NCBI RefSeq assembly: GCF_009834535.1
Contig: NC_045698.1
Span: forward strand, 10,852,001 to 10,916,000
Length of the DNA: 64,000 nucleotides
Origin: Camelus ferus
Taxonomy: Eukaryota
Direction: 5' to 3'
Position numbers and translations under genes: made by a program. Shown one piece after another: positions 51,171 to 64,000 of this stretch; the stretch's first letter is position 1; every line of letters starts with the position of its first letter. A model generated the notes under the pieces. The model was not told the DNA's origin and searched no databases. It saw only the letters and a program-made list of their open reading frames with translations.

Positions 51171-54100
51171 TATTAAATTTAGTTAAATTAAATTTTGACA
51201 ACTAAAATATTTTTATAACTTTCTTCAATAAAGATAGTTATTTATAATGAGAATATATTGTTAATGTGAAAAGGAGTGGTTATTATTTAAAGAAGTTTGT
51301 TGTCTTAAAGCAATAAGACAATACCCAACTCTTGCTTATATGTAGTTTTGTTTCCAAATCCTTTTCCACAGTAGAATTATGAACAAACCTTACTCTAAAT
51401 CAATAATTCCAAATTAACACCATGTGAATTAATGAAAGTTTTGCCAATAGCATTTCAGAGTTAACACACACAAACTGCAATCAAGCCATGCAACATAACT
51501 CAAGATCAGTGACACCCACTTTTGAAAAATATTTCCACTAAAAAAGGAATAAATATCGCAGTTCTATTGAATGACTAACTATTGCCTCAAGCAAAAGAGC
51601 TATGCTGTTCTAAAATACTGTGAACTGTGTTTATAAGAATAACTATTTATTGGCCCAAGGTGCCATTATTTCTGCTTTGGGTAGAGTAAATTGGAGGAAT
51701 CAACTAATGAGTTTTGCACAGGTTGGATGTACATAAACTTTCCTGAACTCTTGTTTTATCTTAGCTTCAAAGTTTCTTATTTCTAAATCCTGTTTACTTT
51801 CAGCAAAATGTGACTTCTTTGCTTCAAAGTAAACAGGCTATAAAAAGTCTCATAAGTCATCTTGGGATTTAGAAAGCCCTTACCAAACAAAAATCTTAAT
51901 GGGTTCAGTGTCCATGATTCAGAAACATACGGATTGAATTTCCCTTTAAAATACTCATGAGCTTGAAAGTTAAGGGTGAAAACGGTTGGCCAAATGCACT
52001 TGGGGTTTTCCGGGAGCCAAGACCTTCAGAAAGGCAGTTGAGACAGTTTCCTATACACTTAGATTCAAACAGGTTTTCCAGTTCAGAGGGAGCTCCTTGT
52101 AATCACAAATGATGCGTGTATGTATCTTAAACTGTTCCCACGGAGGTTGTACGGTCTTTGTAAAGATCAGGGGCATATGGTACACTATGTAGTCAAGATA
52201 ATGTGCTTCCTTTTTATAAAGGTATCAACATTCATCTCTCATTACCTTTCATCTCCAAGAATGAAGATAAAACAGCTTAGTCTAGGATGTTACAAGCCTA
52301 ATAAAATTATGACCCCTGGTAGGTAAATTTAATGTAGGTGATATGTATTACCAGTTTAGAGCGTTTTGTGAGTTGCCATGCCGTCTATACTTTTCTGCTT
52401 TGAAAGGCAGCATGTATAAAGTCTTTCATTCTCCCGGAGCACAGGCACCACCAAAGTCTTTGACTCTGAGTGTATATGACAGGTTTCTCCACAATAGCCT
52501 ATGTGTAAGATATTGAGACAAATTTTGGTAAATGACTTGAGCACTAGATCACGTTTTTTGTTAAGTTATTCTCATCACATCTTTGAATTGATGGAAAGAG
52601 TTGTTCAGCATAGTCAATACTTTTTCATATCTGTATGTAGCTATTGGAGGTTTTAGGTTCTTTGGAATCTAGAGGGTGCTTTTTTTTTTTCCCCCACTGC
52701 TAGGAAAGGGAAAATGCTAATTACATTTCCTAGCTTTAAGATGACATCATTTATTTAAAGGAAACTTTTAATGTGCGGGTGCTTTGCAATTGTTTTGGCT
52801 CTGTAAGCTTTGCTTTTCTAAGGAGTAGAACTAGACTTTTGACTGCATCTTGTAATATAAGGGGGGGCAGGGAAATTCTGCAGGAAAACATCTCCACTTG
52901 TGATCTCTCAATTCTACCGGAGGAATTTATTTCTCTATGATACAGTTTTCCTACATCTAAGATGAGCCCTGATGGCCAGGTTACCCCACATATGATTTCA
53001 GAGGCCAGAATAACATTCTCGGGCTTCCCAGGTAAAATGATAAACCCCAGAGTGTTCTGTAGATACTTTTGTACATCTCAGGGTTTTGACCTAAATGATT
53101 ATGCATACTCATGGGTATTCACATGGGCCATTCCTTTGATTCTAAGTTCCCGTGATAGATTGCAAATTAATGTTTTCTCCAAATGGTTTGACAGAGGTAT
53201 AGGGGAAGAGCAAGGCGGTGTGCCAACACTATGGTTTATGCTGCCTTCTTGGGTATAAACCTGCCTTATATCTACCAGCTTCAAGACACATGGTGTGTCC
53301 AGGCTGTCATAATATTTATTCACAACAGCTGGCATGCGACAGAGTGGGGTCTGTGCCTTCATTCAAATTAGACCCATGGCTTGGTTTATTTGAACTGGTA
53401 CAGAAGAAGAAAAATCTTTATACAAAATGACATCTGGGAAGAGATGTGCTTGCTTTTCAAAGCACTAATGGCATCATAAATTCATGAGTTTCTAAGGCCA
53501 CTGCAGATGTCCGGATGGGAAATAACACAAAGAAAGAAAAATGAAAAGTGAAATGGATATGAAGGACATTGTACTCCGGCTCCTCAGTGGTTTCCTGCAA
53601 AAACCTGAACTAACTACCAAATTTCTCTCATTAGTTAAGCAAGGACAGAGGGGAAGAGGTGGCATAGTGACTCCAACGCTGGAGTGTCACTCCCTTAACA
53701 GTTGGTGTCGTGGCCATCGATGAGACAGTTGAGCTTTGGGGAAGTGGCCAGCCGGACAGTCAGGGCAGGGAGGGGATATCTCTTATTGGAAGTGAAGTTT
53801 CCAGGGTGCGTCAACAGACGTGCGATCATTTGTAGACTGAGTTCTGCTGGGAGGGGAGCTGGGGTGCACCTGTGGTGGCCACTCGAGGTCACTGATGACT
53901 GTAATGTTAGGAAAGCCTTGGAGTCTTTCCTGTTACTGCTAAACCTCATTTTTCAGCCACAAAGCAGCTTTTCATCCTGGACTAGGAGGGGATGTGGGTC
54001 ACAGGAAGAACCAGTCTTTGGGGATATTTCAAGTGTCAAAGATATTTCTTATCTTTCATAACTGAGCACTTCTGAGTGAGTAACATTTTGTGATGCTAGC

Positions 54101-54356
54101 TGACACACTTTTCTTTTTTGTATTTTGTTATACCTGACCCTCTCCCAGGTTAGCCCGAGATCTCCATTGCTCAGGGGAGATGATTATTACAGCAAAAATG
54201 CAAAGAGAATGAGCTAAAAGTTTTAAAATTCCAAAATAGATTTTTAAAGTCAATTTCAGAGACAATAGTTGTGAAAGAAAAAGGCAAAGCCTATGTTTTC
54301 AAGAGATTTTTGAGAGAAATATTGTGTAATGTTTTTGGTGTTTTCAGAAAATAAAA

Positions 54357-55120
54357 TAGGGATATTTAACCTTTTTTTAATGCCATGGATTCTCCCTTGG
54401 CAGTCTGGAGAAACCCAAGGACAACATCTAAGAATATTTTTAAGGCATAAAATACAATACATGGATTACAAAATTACAACTTTCTTGAACTACAGTTACC
54501 AATAGTATAAGAGATGACACATGTCTTAAAAGTGTGTGTGCTTCTCTTCTAATGAGTTAGATGACAAGATCTAGTGGTGGGTCCCGTGACATTGTCATCC
54601 CAAAGTAGTGGTGAGCACAGATGATGGTCTGAGGTATCTGTCACACCTATAGTGTGATGTGAAAGTATATGTAATTTTTTTGTAATAAAGTCATGCATTT
54701 CTCAAATATGACTGTGGTGTGTTGCCCGAGTTGAACCTGCAGGAAATGTCAGATTCCAGTTATAGGTTGGTGAAAATAAAGGTCTATTTTTCCCAATTTA
54801 AGTTCATAGAATCCCTGAATTCTTTAGAGCTGCAGACCCAGGTTAAGAATTTTTTTTAATTAAGAAAGATTTTAAAAAATTTTAAATCAGGTTTTTTTTT
54901 TATTGAAGTATAGTTGGTTAACAATATTGTGTTATTTTCAAGTGTACAGCAGTGATTTGATTTTATATATATATATACATACATATATATTTATTCTTTT
55001 TTGGATTCTTTTCCATTATAGGTTTTTACAAAATATTGAATATAGCTCCCTGTGTTATACAGTAAATCCTTGTTGTTTATCTATTTTATATATGGTTGTG
55101 GGCATCTGTAAGAATTCCTG
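54357..55120. mobile_element. Charlie4a-like hAT element whose right TIR is split by an L1 tail
   Basis: 'ttaacctttttttaatgccatggattctcccttggcagtctggagaaaccc...gacccaggttaagaa' completed by 'cctg' at 55117-55120. Confidence 0.75.
54852..55108 (-). mobile_element. L1 3' terminus
   Basis: 'ttttattgaagtatagttggttaacaatattgtg...ccctgtgttatacagta'; TSD taagaatt 54844-54851 / 55109-55116. Confidence 0.88.
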
Positions 55121-55390
55121 ATATGAAGGCAGAGTTTTGGTGGAGCAGGACATAAAGTTTATTTATGTGCAATAGAGGGTGGGTGGAGAGCTGGACACTT
55201 CCCCTTTGAGGGAGGGAGATGAGGGCCTGAGGAATGAAACGACAGAGGATGGCAGTGCGGATTTCAGCGCCTGGAGCCGCCCTGCCCCCGCTGAGGGAGC
55301 TCTGTCTGGGCATCCTCAGGCGCTAGGCTGAGTCCAGCCAGTGCCTACAGGTGTCCCTCACCACACACCAAACAGGGCGTGGCTTCTAAG

Positions 55391-55471
55391 ATGGAGATAC
55401 AGCAGCTCAGAGGAGTAAAACCAGTACCAATGGATGATACAGCAACTCAGAGGATAAAACCAGTACCAATG
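55391..55471 (+). repeat. 39-bp tandem duplication (2 copies)
   Basis: atggagatacagcagctcagaggagtaaaaccagtacca / atggatgatacagcaactcagaggataaaaccagtacca. Confidence 0.9.
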
Positions 55472-55487
55472 TGTTCATATAGCACAC

Positions 55488-56390
55488 ACTCATTCATTCC
55501 GTATTTAGTTGACAGTGACTTCTTGAGCATCTATCTTGTACCAGGCACTGTGCTGGATGCTGGGGATGCAGTGATGGGGATGCGGGCATTCTCATGGTCC
55601 TGTTCTCATGCAAGTGGCACTCTGGTGGAGGATGGAGGTAAGTAATTATCAGTTAATAGAGAGTGAGAAGCGCTAAGACATTGTTGTCCCAGTGTTAGGG
55701 CACACTGGAAGGACACACACCCAGAGTGAGGGGATCAGGATAAAACTCCTGAAGGAAGAAGATATGCCTTTTAGAAGATGGGTTGGTGTGAGGTGAGAAC
55801 ACAGGCAGCAGTGAGGCCTGAGGAGGGGACTGTTATGTGACTATGCACCAGGAAGGTGATGGCCTGGATGGCGGTGGTGGCATTTGGGAGCAAGAGACAT
55901 GGACAAAGTTAGGAGATAGTTTGGAATTAGGCTTCACAGAACTTGATAAATGATTAGTTTCAAGGAATGAGGAAGAGGTTGGAATCAAGCTTAACTTTCA
56001 GGTTTCCAGCCCAAGCCATCACCCCAGAATATCGTCACTTCAGGGAAGAGCAGAGAATGACAGGATCAAAAAGTTCTCAGAGAATTATCAGAGGAGAAAA
56101 ATAAAGGCCTAGGGAACATATTTCCAGGTCAAATACTACTGAAATATAAGCAATGCAAGCTTTGAGCAGTGACCGTGGCACCAAGAACAAAGGTCTTTAA
56201 GGAATTTGACAACAGCAATTCCCTTGAAGTGGTGGGTAGGGTCTCAGACCCCAGTGAGCTAAGAAGGTAGGAAAGGGCAGGAAAAAGGAGTGAAGTTTTC
56301 AAGGCAGTGGTTGTGAAGGGAAACAGAGGAAGGATAATTGCTGGAAAAGATTTGTTCAGTAGGAATCTAGATCCTGGTGGCATTAACACA
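55488..56390 (-). mobile_element. L2 (degraded)
   Basis: 'cattcattc...cttgagcatctatcttgtaccaggcactgtgctggatgctggggatgcagtg' followed by a purine-rich L2 body. Confidence 0.75.
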
Positions 56391-56710
56391 AACGGAATTC
56401 AATGTTCCATGTGGCTGAAGTCAGGTGGTGATGTCATCTGAAACTGAAAGGGACACGGTCAGACTGTATGTTTAAGAGCGGAGCAGGGGGGCTCCTAAAA
56501 ATGATGGGAAGGAGAGCCAGCTAGGGGAGAGAGAGTCACAGATGATAGGAGGGCCCAGGGGAGGCAGGAGATCCCAGCTGGGACTTGTCCACTCCTGTTT
56601 CCTTTTGTGTCAAGGTACTTTAAGATACAGATCACTGACTGATTTTTGAAGGGCTTGAGTAAATTTGGTAAGCCTAAAATGTCACCCCCATTGAGTTCAT
56701 AATGTCTTTT

Positions 56711-57285
56711 TGTATGAATGTTCTATTGCTGCTTAATGAATTATTACAAACTTAGCAGCTTAAATCAACACCCATTTATTGTCTCGCAATGTCCATGCCT
56801 CAGGAGGCTGGGTGCAGGCTAACTGGGTCCTCTACTCAGTGTCTGAACAGGCTGAAATCAAGGTCCTGGCTGGTGCTGCAAACTTGTGTGAGGTGTGAGT
56901 TTTTCCTCTAAGCTTATGGGTTGTTGGTAGAATTCAGTTCCTTGCAATTGTACTGTTGATGTGCTGGTTTTTCAGCTGGTTGTTGGATGGGGACTATTCT
57001 CAAGTCATTACCATGTGGCCCTCTTCCACACAGCCTCTTACTTCTTCAAGGTCAGCAGGACGATATCTCTGACTTCCTCTTGTTAGAATTCACTTGATTA
57101 GGTCAGGCCCACCCAGGATTATCTCCCTTTTGATTAACTCAAAGTCAACTGAGTAGCAACCTAATCATGGAGATGGAATCCCAACATATCCAAAAATTCT
57201 GACAACACTAAGGGGAGGGGATGGTTTGGGACATGTTTATCAGGGGGTGGGAATCTTGGGGTTATTTTCAAGCTCTGTCTGCAGT
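56711..57285 (-). mobile_element. MaLR LTR, MLT1E-like
   Basis: 'ttctattgctgc...acaaacttagcagcttaaa', 'tgattaggtcaggcccacccaggat', 'gggaatcttgggg'. Confidence 0.85.
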
Positions 57286-57342
57286 ACTTCTTTGTAATGC
57301 CTTTTTTTTTTTTTTTCAAACATGGCCCTCTTCTTCTGTTAC

Positions 57343-58072
57343 TGTGGTAAATTGAACATTTGGTTCCCATGTTTTACTCTCCTGTTGGAACATTGTACAT
57401 CTGCAGACCTGACATGACTTTATGGTAGGGAGAGGATAATTTTCCACCCCTTGGTTTTGGGATTAACCAGGTGATTTGCTTGGAACAATAAAGGATATGA
57501 GGCTGAGACGGTGAGAAGAGTTTTCAGACCCAGGTGCAGACTGGACAGGTGTGTGAGAGGGAGAAGGAAGAAGTTTGGAGAGGAAACAGACTGCAGGGCA
57601 GTCCAAGGAAAGTTTTGGCCAGACTCACTGGAAGCTCTCAAGCCAAAGTCACTCAATTAAGGAGTCCTGCCTCTTGCAGGAATGGACCTGCATTGACACC
57701 CTCTATTCCTGATCTCAGTCATTGGCTGGGAGTAGCCCAAGGGAAAGGTGGCCCCACCATGAATATGGAGATGGACACACAACAGCAACAATTGGCACTT
57801 TCAGTCAGGTAATTTTCCTGCAGCAGGATATCTGAATGATGCATTCTTATGCCTCCCTGAGGCATGAAACACATTACTAGATGTGATGTGGACAGAGGCT
57901 TCCAAATGCTTGCTTGGAGGACTTGCCATATGATGTTACTGCCATTGTCATCCCCCTCATAGCCGGCATGAGACATGTAGAGCAGAGCCACCCCTGCTAG
58001 CCTGCAGAGTCATGAATGTACACCTCCAAGTTTATGTGGTTGTTTCTTACATGGCAATAGCTGACTGATACA
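57343..58072 (+). mobile_element. Old MLT1 (I/J-like) LTR with a nested ERVL-class LTR fragment (~57510-57860, LTR41-like)
   Basis: Starts tgtggta and ends 'gcaatagctgactgataca'; inner 'agccaaagtcac...ggagtcctgcctcttgcaggaatggacctgc...tcagtcattggctgggag'. Confidence 0.6.
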
Positions 58073-58199
58073 ATAGCTTAAAACCAAATGCCTTATGAAG
58101 CACTTTTCAGCATCATACACTAAAAGATGTTAGGTTTTATAGTCTTAGGACAAGAAGGGGAATTAAAATCTAAGTGGAATTATAAAATTAAAAGATCAC

Positions 58200-58310
58200 A
58201 GTATCATTCTTATACAGATGACTAAACTGGGATCTAGGGAGGTTAAACGAAATGTCCTGGTTCACACAGCAATTTAGAATGAAAAACTAAATTAGACCAG
58301 ATTGAGTCTC
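58200..58310 (-). mobile_element. MIR fragment
   Basis: 'ttatacagatgactaaactgggatctagggaggttaaa...tcacacagc'. Confidence 0.7.
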
Positions 58311-58861
58311 CACATATATCTCTATTGTCAGTAAAGTAGACACTGGGAAGTAACTATTGTTTCTTACACATGATACAGATTTTAAATCTCTTGAATAATA
58401 GTTGATCATAACTCTTTTTAATTAGAACCAGACATGGAATGACTTTAAAATGGGACATCAGTTTTATTTGTGTTGAGTCTGATTTTATAGTATTTTGACT
58501 TTCTAAGATAGGAAGCTTGGAAAGAATTAAAAGCAAGAAGAAAACGTGGGTATGTTGGAAAAGACATAGAATTACAGAGATCATGATGTGGAAGCTCCGA
58601 CACTCTGCAGATGTGTTCTGTTTGGCAGGAACTTTTCTAAATTGAATGTGATGCCTTTAGTAGAGGTGGGTATTCTCCTGGTTTCCCGGGTTCCACCATC
58701 TTCTATTGTCTTATTCCTGGCCCACTTCACTAATGGACTGCATCTCCCTGGACCCTGAGGGAGTCTGAGTTCACAATCCTGGATCCAGAATAATCTATGA
58801 TGTTATCCTTGTAACTATATGGCCTCAATTAGTGGCTGCTACAATGTAACTCCTCAATTCC

Positions 58862-59155
58862 CTGATTCATTCGAGGATATCTAGTGAGTGCCAATCTGGA
58901 CAGACACTATTCTAGGCGTTTGAACAAAACTGACAGGAATTCCTTTTTTTTATGGTGCTTGCTTTAAATATAATAGATAACATACATAATAAGTTAATTA
59001 TATATAATGTTAGAAGGGGATAAATATTATAGCAAAAGAGAAAGCCTAGGGAGAGAGAGAGAGGAATCTGTTCTGTGATTTTAAATCAAATGGTCAGTGT
59101 GGACCTTGTTGGGAAGATAACATTTGGATATTTGAGCAAATACTTGATGGAGGTA
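58862..59155 (-). mobile_element. L2 3' end
   Basis: 'attcattc...tgagtgcc...cagacactattctaggc...gaagataacattt...ttgagcaaatacttga'. Confidence 0.7.
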
Positions 59156-60701
59156 AGTGAGACAATTTTCAAAATGAGAAAATGAATAGAGGAATCATTC
59201 CTGTGAAATGAAATATTTTTATCTAAAACGTTTCACAACGATAATAAATTTTCTGCTTCTGGAAGAACGGCAGGGGGTGTGGTTCCTGTGGCTTACATTT
59301 GTGAAGTTCAAGTCTTCTCTGCTTCTGTGCTTTCCTAGTATTTCCAGCACTCGCATAAGAAGTCAGCTTGCGTCTGCCTTTTCCTAGGGTTCCTGCATTA
59401 TCTGGCTTATCCTAACACTGCAATGATGCGTAGGCTTACTTTTGTAGAGAGAAAGTGGGATAAAGGGCTCTCCTTTAAGAGAGGAACCTACAGGTAGAAA
59501 GAGGGATGTGGGCACCATGCCACTGAGAAGACATCAATAGCTCTGTTGTGTGAGGGGCACATTTTACCGTACGGATGGCTTTCATGAAACAGAGCTGGAG
59601 CCGAGCCACAGACAGAAAACAATTTATGTCGAAGGTGGCAGAACAAAACATCGACAGCCCCCTGAATCACAATTGCAGGCTTTGACTGGTGTAACCAAGT
59701 CTAATGGAAGCCTCCATTTCACTACTGGGAGGAACTGTCTCTGGAGAAGCCGAGGTATGCATCATCAAGACAAACCTGATCCAGAACTCAGAATCTCAGA
59801 GCTGCAGAATTAGCTACACTGGGGGAAAAAGTGTTTCCCCTTCAGACAGCTATCCTGCACTAAAAGACCCCAGGGATTACAGCCGATATCTGATCTAGCA
59901 TTTAATACTGGAACACAGCATTTGTACCCAGACCCTGTGGCTTAATTCTTAAGATTCAAAGAGGTGGTTAAGAATGTTTATGCTTCAGAGACGGAGGCTA
60001 TGAGAATGGGCACCATTTCAAAAATGTCGATTTTGAAGAAGTAAGCCTAACAAAAAGCTTTCTGTTTCTGTCCCTTGAGGAGAAATGGCACTATCCAGCC
60101 CCAGCTAGCCTGAGGCTGAATTATCGCAAGGACTGTTTTGTGTGCATTTTCAATCTGTTGTCAACACCAAAGCAAAATATAAAGAAAGCTTTGTCACCCC
60201 TCAGGAATTTCTGGGATGTAGCTCACATTTAACTTTTCCAGGCTTGTTCATAGGCTTTGGGTAATATTTTGGTAATTTCTATCTAACAGATTGCTTTCTT
60301 TGAATCTGGTGGTGGGTGGAAAAGGAGAATGTCAACTGGATGAGGAACTATGCTGAGCATTCAGCTTGGTCTCATGTCTCTTTTGCAAATGAATCGTGGC
60401 CCTCATCCAGCAGTGTGAGGGAACCGAAGACAGAGGGACCCACATCCAGCTAAATCTCCGAGGAATGCGCTGATAGGTTGAAGCCAATGTATTGGTTTGA
60501 GTTTCCCCCAGAGCAGCTCCTGACATAAGGACTCTAGTGCAAGTAATTCACTTGGAACAGAGTAAAGACATGGGCTGACAAAGGGAAGGTGGCCAAGAAA
60601 GACAAGCTACCACTGTGGGTGACGGGTTTACTTTTCCTGGGAGATTCTGGAAAATGACGTAAATCAGAGCCAATGCAGTCTTCTCTCAGCCCACCAAGAT
60701 A

Positions 60702-60850
60702 CTCATTAATCCATTTATTCAACAAATATCTTTGAGGGCTGCAAGGGCCAAACACTCTTCCAGGCACAGGGGTGATTAGTAAACAAAACAAAACCCCACG
60801 TCCTTGGGTAGCTTTCCTTCTGGAAGGAGAGAAAGACAAAGGCAGGAGAA
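60702..60850 (-). mobile_element. L2 3' end
   Basis: 'ctcattaatccatttattcaacaaatatctttgagg'. Confidence 0.75.
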
Positions 60851-60866
60851 TTAAGTCAAGTCTAGA

Positions 60867-61078
60867 CCTGTGCTGTCCAACATGGCAGTGTTGAGCCACG
60901 TGTGCCTACTGAGAACTTGCAATGAGGCCAGTCCAAAATGAGATATAATAATAATAATTAAGCTATATGGTATTAACCAAAATATGTCACTAAAATTAAT
61001 TTCATTGATTTATTTTTTTAAATGCAGCTACTAGAAAATTTAAACCTATATGAGGCTCACATTATATTTCTGTGGAAT
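60867..61078. mobile_element. MER33/MER3-like hAT element
   Basis: 'ctgtgctgtccaacatgg...agccacgtgtg...gctactagaaaatttaaa...ggctcacattatatttct'. Confidence 0.75.
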
Positions 61079-61104
61079 CTGGCAATACAATGACTAGCCT
61101 ATAC

Positions 61105-61228
61105 TGTACCTTCAGCTGGAAACTTGTTAGAAGTGCATGATCTCTGGTCCCACCCAGACCAACTGGATCAAAGTCTTCACTTTAGCAAGATGCCCAGGTA
61201 ATTTGTAGGCAGATCAGTGTTGGAGAAT
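61105..61228. mobile_element. MER5A-like fragment
   Basis: 'ctggaaacttgttagaagtgcatgatctctggtcccacccagacc...tttagcaagatgcccaggt'. Confidence 0.8.
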
Positions 61229-61329
61229 TATCGATCTACCGTGTGAACTTGGTAGGTGCTGAGGTGAAGAGCAAAGCAGGCAGAGAGGATGTGACGTCCA
61301 AGTAGATTACGGCTTTATTTTCTCTAGTT

Positions 61330-62110
61330 TTAGATGTGGTGGGAATGTCCTCACTCAGTCTGGGGTAAGACCTCACTAAGAACATGATAATTAAGTAAAA
61401 TCTAAAGGAAGGTATGGAGCAGCCATGGAAATATGTTTGGAAATAGCTGTACCTGAGGAAGTGCATTTGAGGAGTCTCATCCATACCTGGATACAATTTA
61501 GAACCACATACCTAAGCCTTATGCTGTGTGATGAGTTTGAGGCCTTGGGGGAGGAAGGGAATATATTTTGTACGTGGGGAGGATGTGAGTTGCTATGCCA
61601 AGTGAAGGTGGTGACAAATTGTGTGATCCAAAGATGACTGAAAATATATCTCATTCTACTTGTCCTTACGGAACCTTGTCACTCTTCCATTGGAGGTAAA
61701 GTCTACCCCCTTTCCTTGAATCTGATCAGTGTTTGGGACTGGATTGACCAATAAAGTGAGGTGGAAGTCATGTTACATGACTATTCAGATAAGGTCACAA
61801 AAATGCCATATACTTCTTCTTTGTTCTCTTGGGATGCTAACTATTGGAACCCAACCTCCATACTGTAAGGAATCCCAAACAGCCTGTGGAGTGTCTCACA
61901 TCAGAAGAACCTGCCTGCCATGTGAGTGAGCCACACTGTAGGTAGATCAGCCTCAAGCTGAGACTCCTTGTCTGATATTTCATGGGACAAAGATGAGACA
62001 TTCCTACTGCACCTGCCCAAATCACAGGCTCGAGTACAATGAATGATCATTATTGCTCTAAGCTAGTAGCTTTTGACAAGTTTTGTTTTCCAGCAATAAA
62101 TAACTGAAAC
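61330..62110 (+). mobile_element. MaLR: internal 3' remnant plus MLT1G/H-like LTR (LTR from ~61620)
   Basis: 'aatatattttgtacgtgggga' (end of MLT internal region), then 'tttccttgaatctg...gaccaataaagtgaggtggaagt...gcaataaataactgaaac'. Confidence 0.7.
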
Positions 62111-62189
62111 TTGATTTTATCAATATATGACTCTATTCTATCTTCTGCTGCTGTTCAGAAGCCCTCTGTCAATCTAAACAATGTTCTTG

Positions 62190-62750
62190 TTTTTTGTCTT
62201 TGTGCTTCTATTAAGAGTATATTTTGCCTTTTGTGTTTCTCAGTTTCATTCTGTTGTATCTATGTGTCAATTTATTTATATATATCTTGCTTGGGATTCA
62301 TTTGATTTCTGGAAACTACACTTTTATCATATCTGGAAAAACTTCAAATATTGCCTGCTTTCCATTCTCTGTTGTCTCTACCTGGGATTCTGCATATTTG
62401 GATGTTAGTGAATATTTCCTAGTTATAAAAACCAAACATTTAGAGTTCCAGGAAAGGAGAGGGAATGGAGCACAGGCAATATTTCAAATGATAATGGCTG
62501 AAATTTTTTCAGATATACTCATGCTAATTTCCACTTCTCCTCAGTTGTATCTAACATGCTATTAAACCTTGTCCATTCACTTTTTATTTTCAATTATATT
62601 TTGCATTTCTATGTAAAAGCTTCATTTGCTTCCTGCACAAGTGTATGTTGTAATTCTTTGTAGTTTCCTTTACTTTGCAGATATTTTCAAGTGTAGCTTT
62701 TAATTTTTGCTCTGAATTGTTGGTTACTATTTACGGTTCCTTATTCCTTG
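62190..62750 (-). mobile_element. Very old L1 ORF1-region remnant with internal inverted copy
   Basis: 'gagttccaggaaaggagagggaatggagcacaggcaatatttcaaatgataatggctgaaattttttcaga' resembles L1 ORF1 and is present in both orientations. Confidence 0.55.
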
Positions 62751-62925
62751 GAGAATTAATTGTGAGAATTTATTGAGGTCTAGAATGAGGCTAAGTTCCT
62801 CCAGAGAGGATATGCCAGGTCCCTGGGAGCCATTCCAATTGGAACACTCTTTAAGCTGAATGCACTGCTTGAATTTGGTTGTGTGAATTTGGGCAAAAAT
62901 TCTACAAAATCAGCTTGTGTTACTA

Positions 62926-63290
62926 TCTCTCTCTCTCTCTTTCCCTTCCTTCCTTCTTTTCTTCTTCCCTCTCTCCTGCCTGCCTTTCTCCATTCCTTCC
63001 TCCCTTCCTTCCTCCCTTCTTTCCTCCCTGACGCACACGGGGATACGAAAGGAGGGAATACACTAAAGACCTTAATTCTTTGCTTAGTTGCGGGCTTTAT
63101 TTTATTGCTGTCTTGATGATTTATGTCTGTCTGTTGTTCTTTCTTTTCTTTTTTATTTCTTTAGGTTATTGCTTTATTTCTTTCTTCTTTCTTTCTCTCC
63201 CTCTTTTCTCTACCTCTTATTCTATCTTCTTTCTCTTTCTTTCTATTTCTATTTCTTTTCTTCTCTTTCTCTCTTTCCCTTTGTTTTGCT
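62926..63290 (+). repeat. Two CT-rich low-complexity tracts (62926-63028, 63135-63290)
   Basis: Read directly: (CT)n, (CCTT)n and (TTTC)-like. Confidence 0.9.
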
Positions 63291-64000
63291 TGTTGCCAAT
63301 GCAACAAAGCAAATCTCCTTGCAGTCTTCAGTGAGGGGAATGATAAATTTTCTTCCAGTTAATCCTTAAACCCAAAGTACAACCCTTTGGGGTCCCAGCT
63401 TTATGAAGAGGAGGCTTGTTATTAGACCACCCATGTTGTCTCTGTTCTATATGCCCAAATGAGACCTTGAAAGTCATCGCTCAAGTTTCCACTTTGGCAA
63501 ATGCCCTCAGGCCAAAGAGGCAAAGGCAGTTTTCCTTTTTATAACTTCTAGCTTTCACTTAGATTTTGGCCTCAGGTTTTTCTTATTACTTTGCAGCTCA
63601 TCAGTGCTTTCAGGAAGATTTTTTTTTTTTTTTTGGTTTATTTTTACCTGCATTTTAAATTATTTTTCAGGAGAAAACTTAGTCTTATACCCAGGCCACC
63701 ATGTTACCAGAAATGCCCCTCGCCCTGTATGGTACTGTCAGGCTTTCTCAGTGTTTTCAGACACCATTTAGTTCCTTTGGGCCTGTTCCATGTGGGTTTT
63801 ACAAACATGAATTTAAGCCAATGGCCAGATATGGAATATGGACTAAAGATTCTCTAGTCTCATTGAGAGAACAGATGGGATCTGCTTCTGTCACCATCCC
63901 ACCATGGAGGAGAGAATTAGCAAAAATAGTTTTGGAAATTGAGGGAGTTTCTAGCAGAGGAACCAATATTATGTTGCCTTCTTTTACACACATGGTATAT

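Noticed and set aside
59550..59813. 87-aa ORF with natural-looking composition and a GAG|gtatgc donor
   Set aside because: No good upstream acceptor and no recognisable homology.

Overview
Mammalian genomic DNA, almost certainly camelid (camel/alpaca/llama), judged by a tRNA-derived Vic-1-type SINE at 18.5 kb and many related L1 3' ends. The window is AT-rich, CpG-poor and repeat-dense: L1, L2, MIR, MaLR/ERVL/ERV1-type LTRs, hAT MER elements and microsatellites, often nested with readable target-site duplications (TSDs). I recognise no host protein-coding exon, tRNA, rRNA or miRNA, so this looks like intergenic or deep-intronic sequence. The ORF track is L1 ORF2 remnants plus chance ORFs. Repeat family names come from recalled consensus sequences, not a RepeatMasker run, and many boundaries are approximate. 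The best non-routine leads are: (1) a ~250-bp retrocopy of non-repeat, 3'UTR-like sequence with poly(A) signal, tail and 13-bp TSD at 1649-1924; (2) two phase-compatible candidate exons at 11470-11525 and 13307-13397 that would splice to a 48-aa ORF; (3) a both-strand cluster of splice signals resembling recursive-splice/microexon sites at ~30.1 kb. I found no convincing novel multi-component system.
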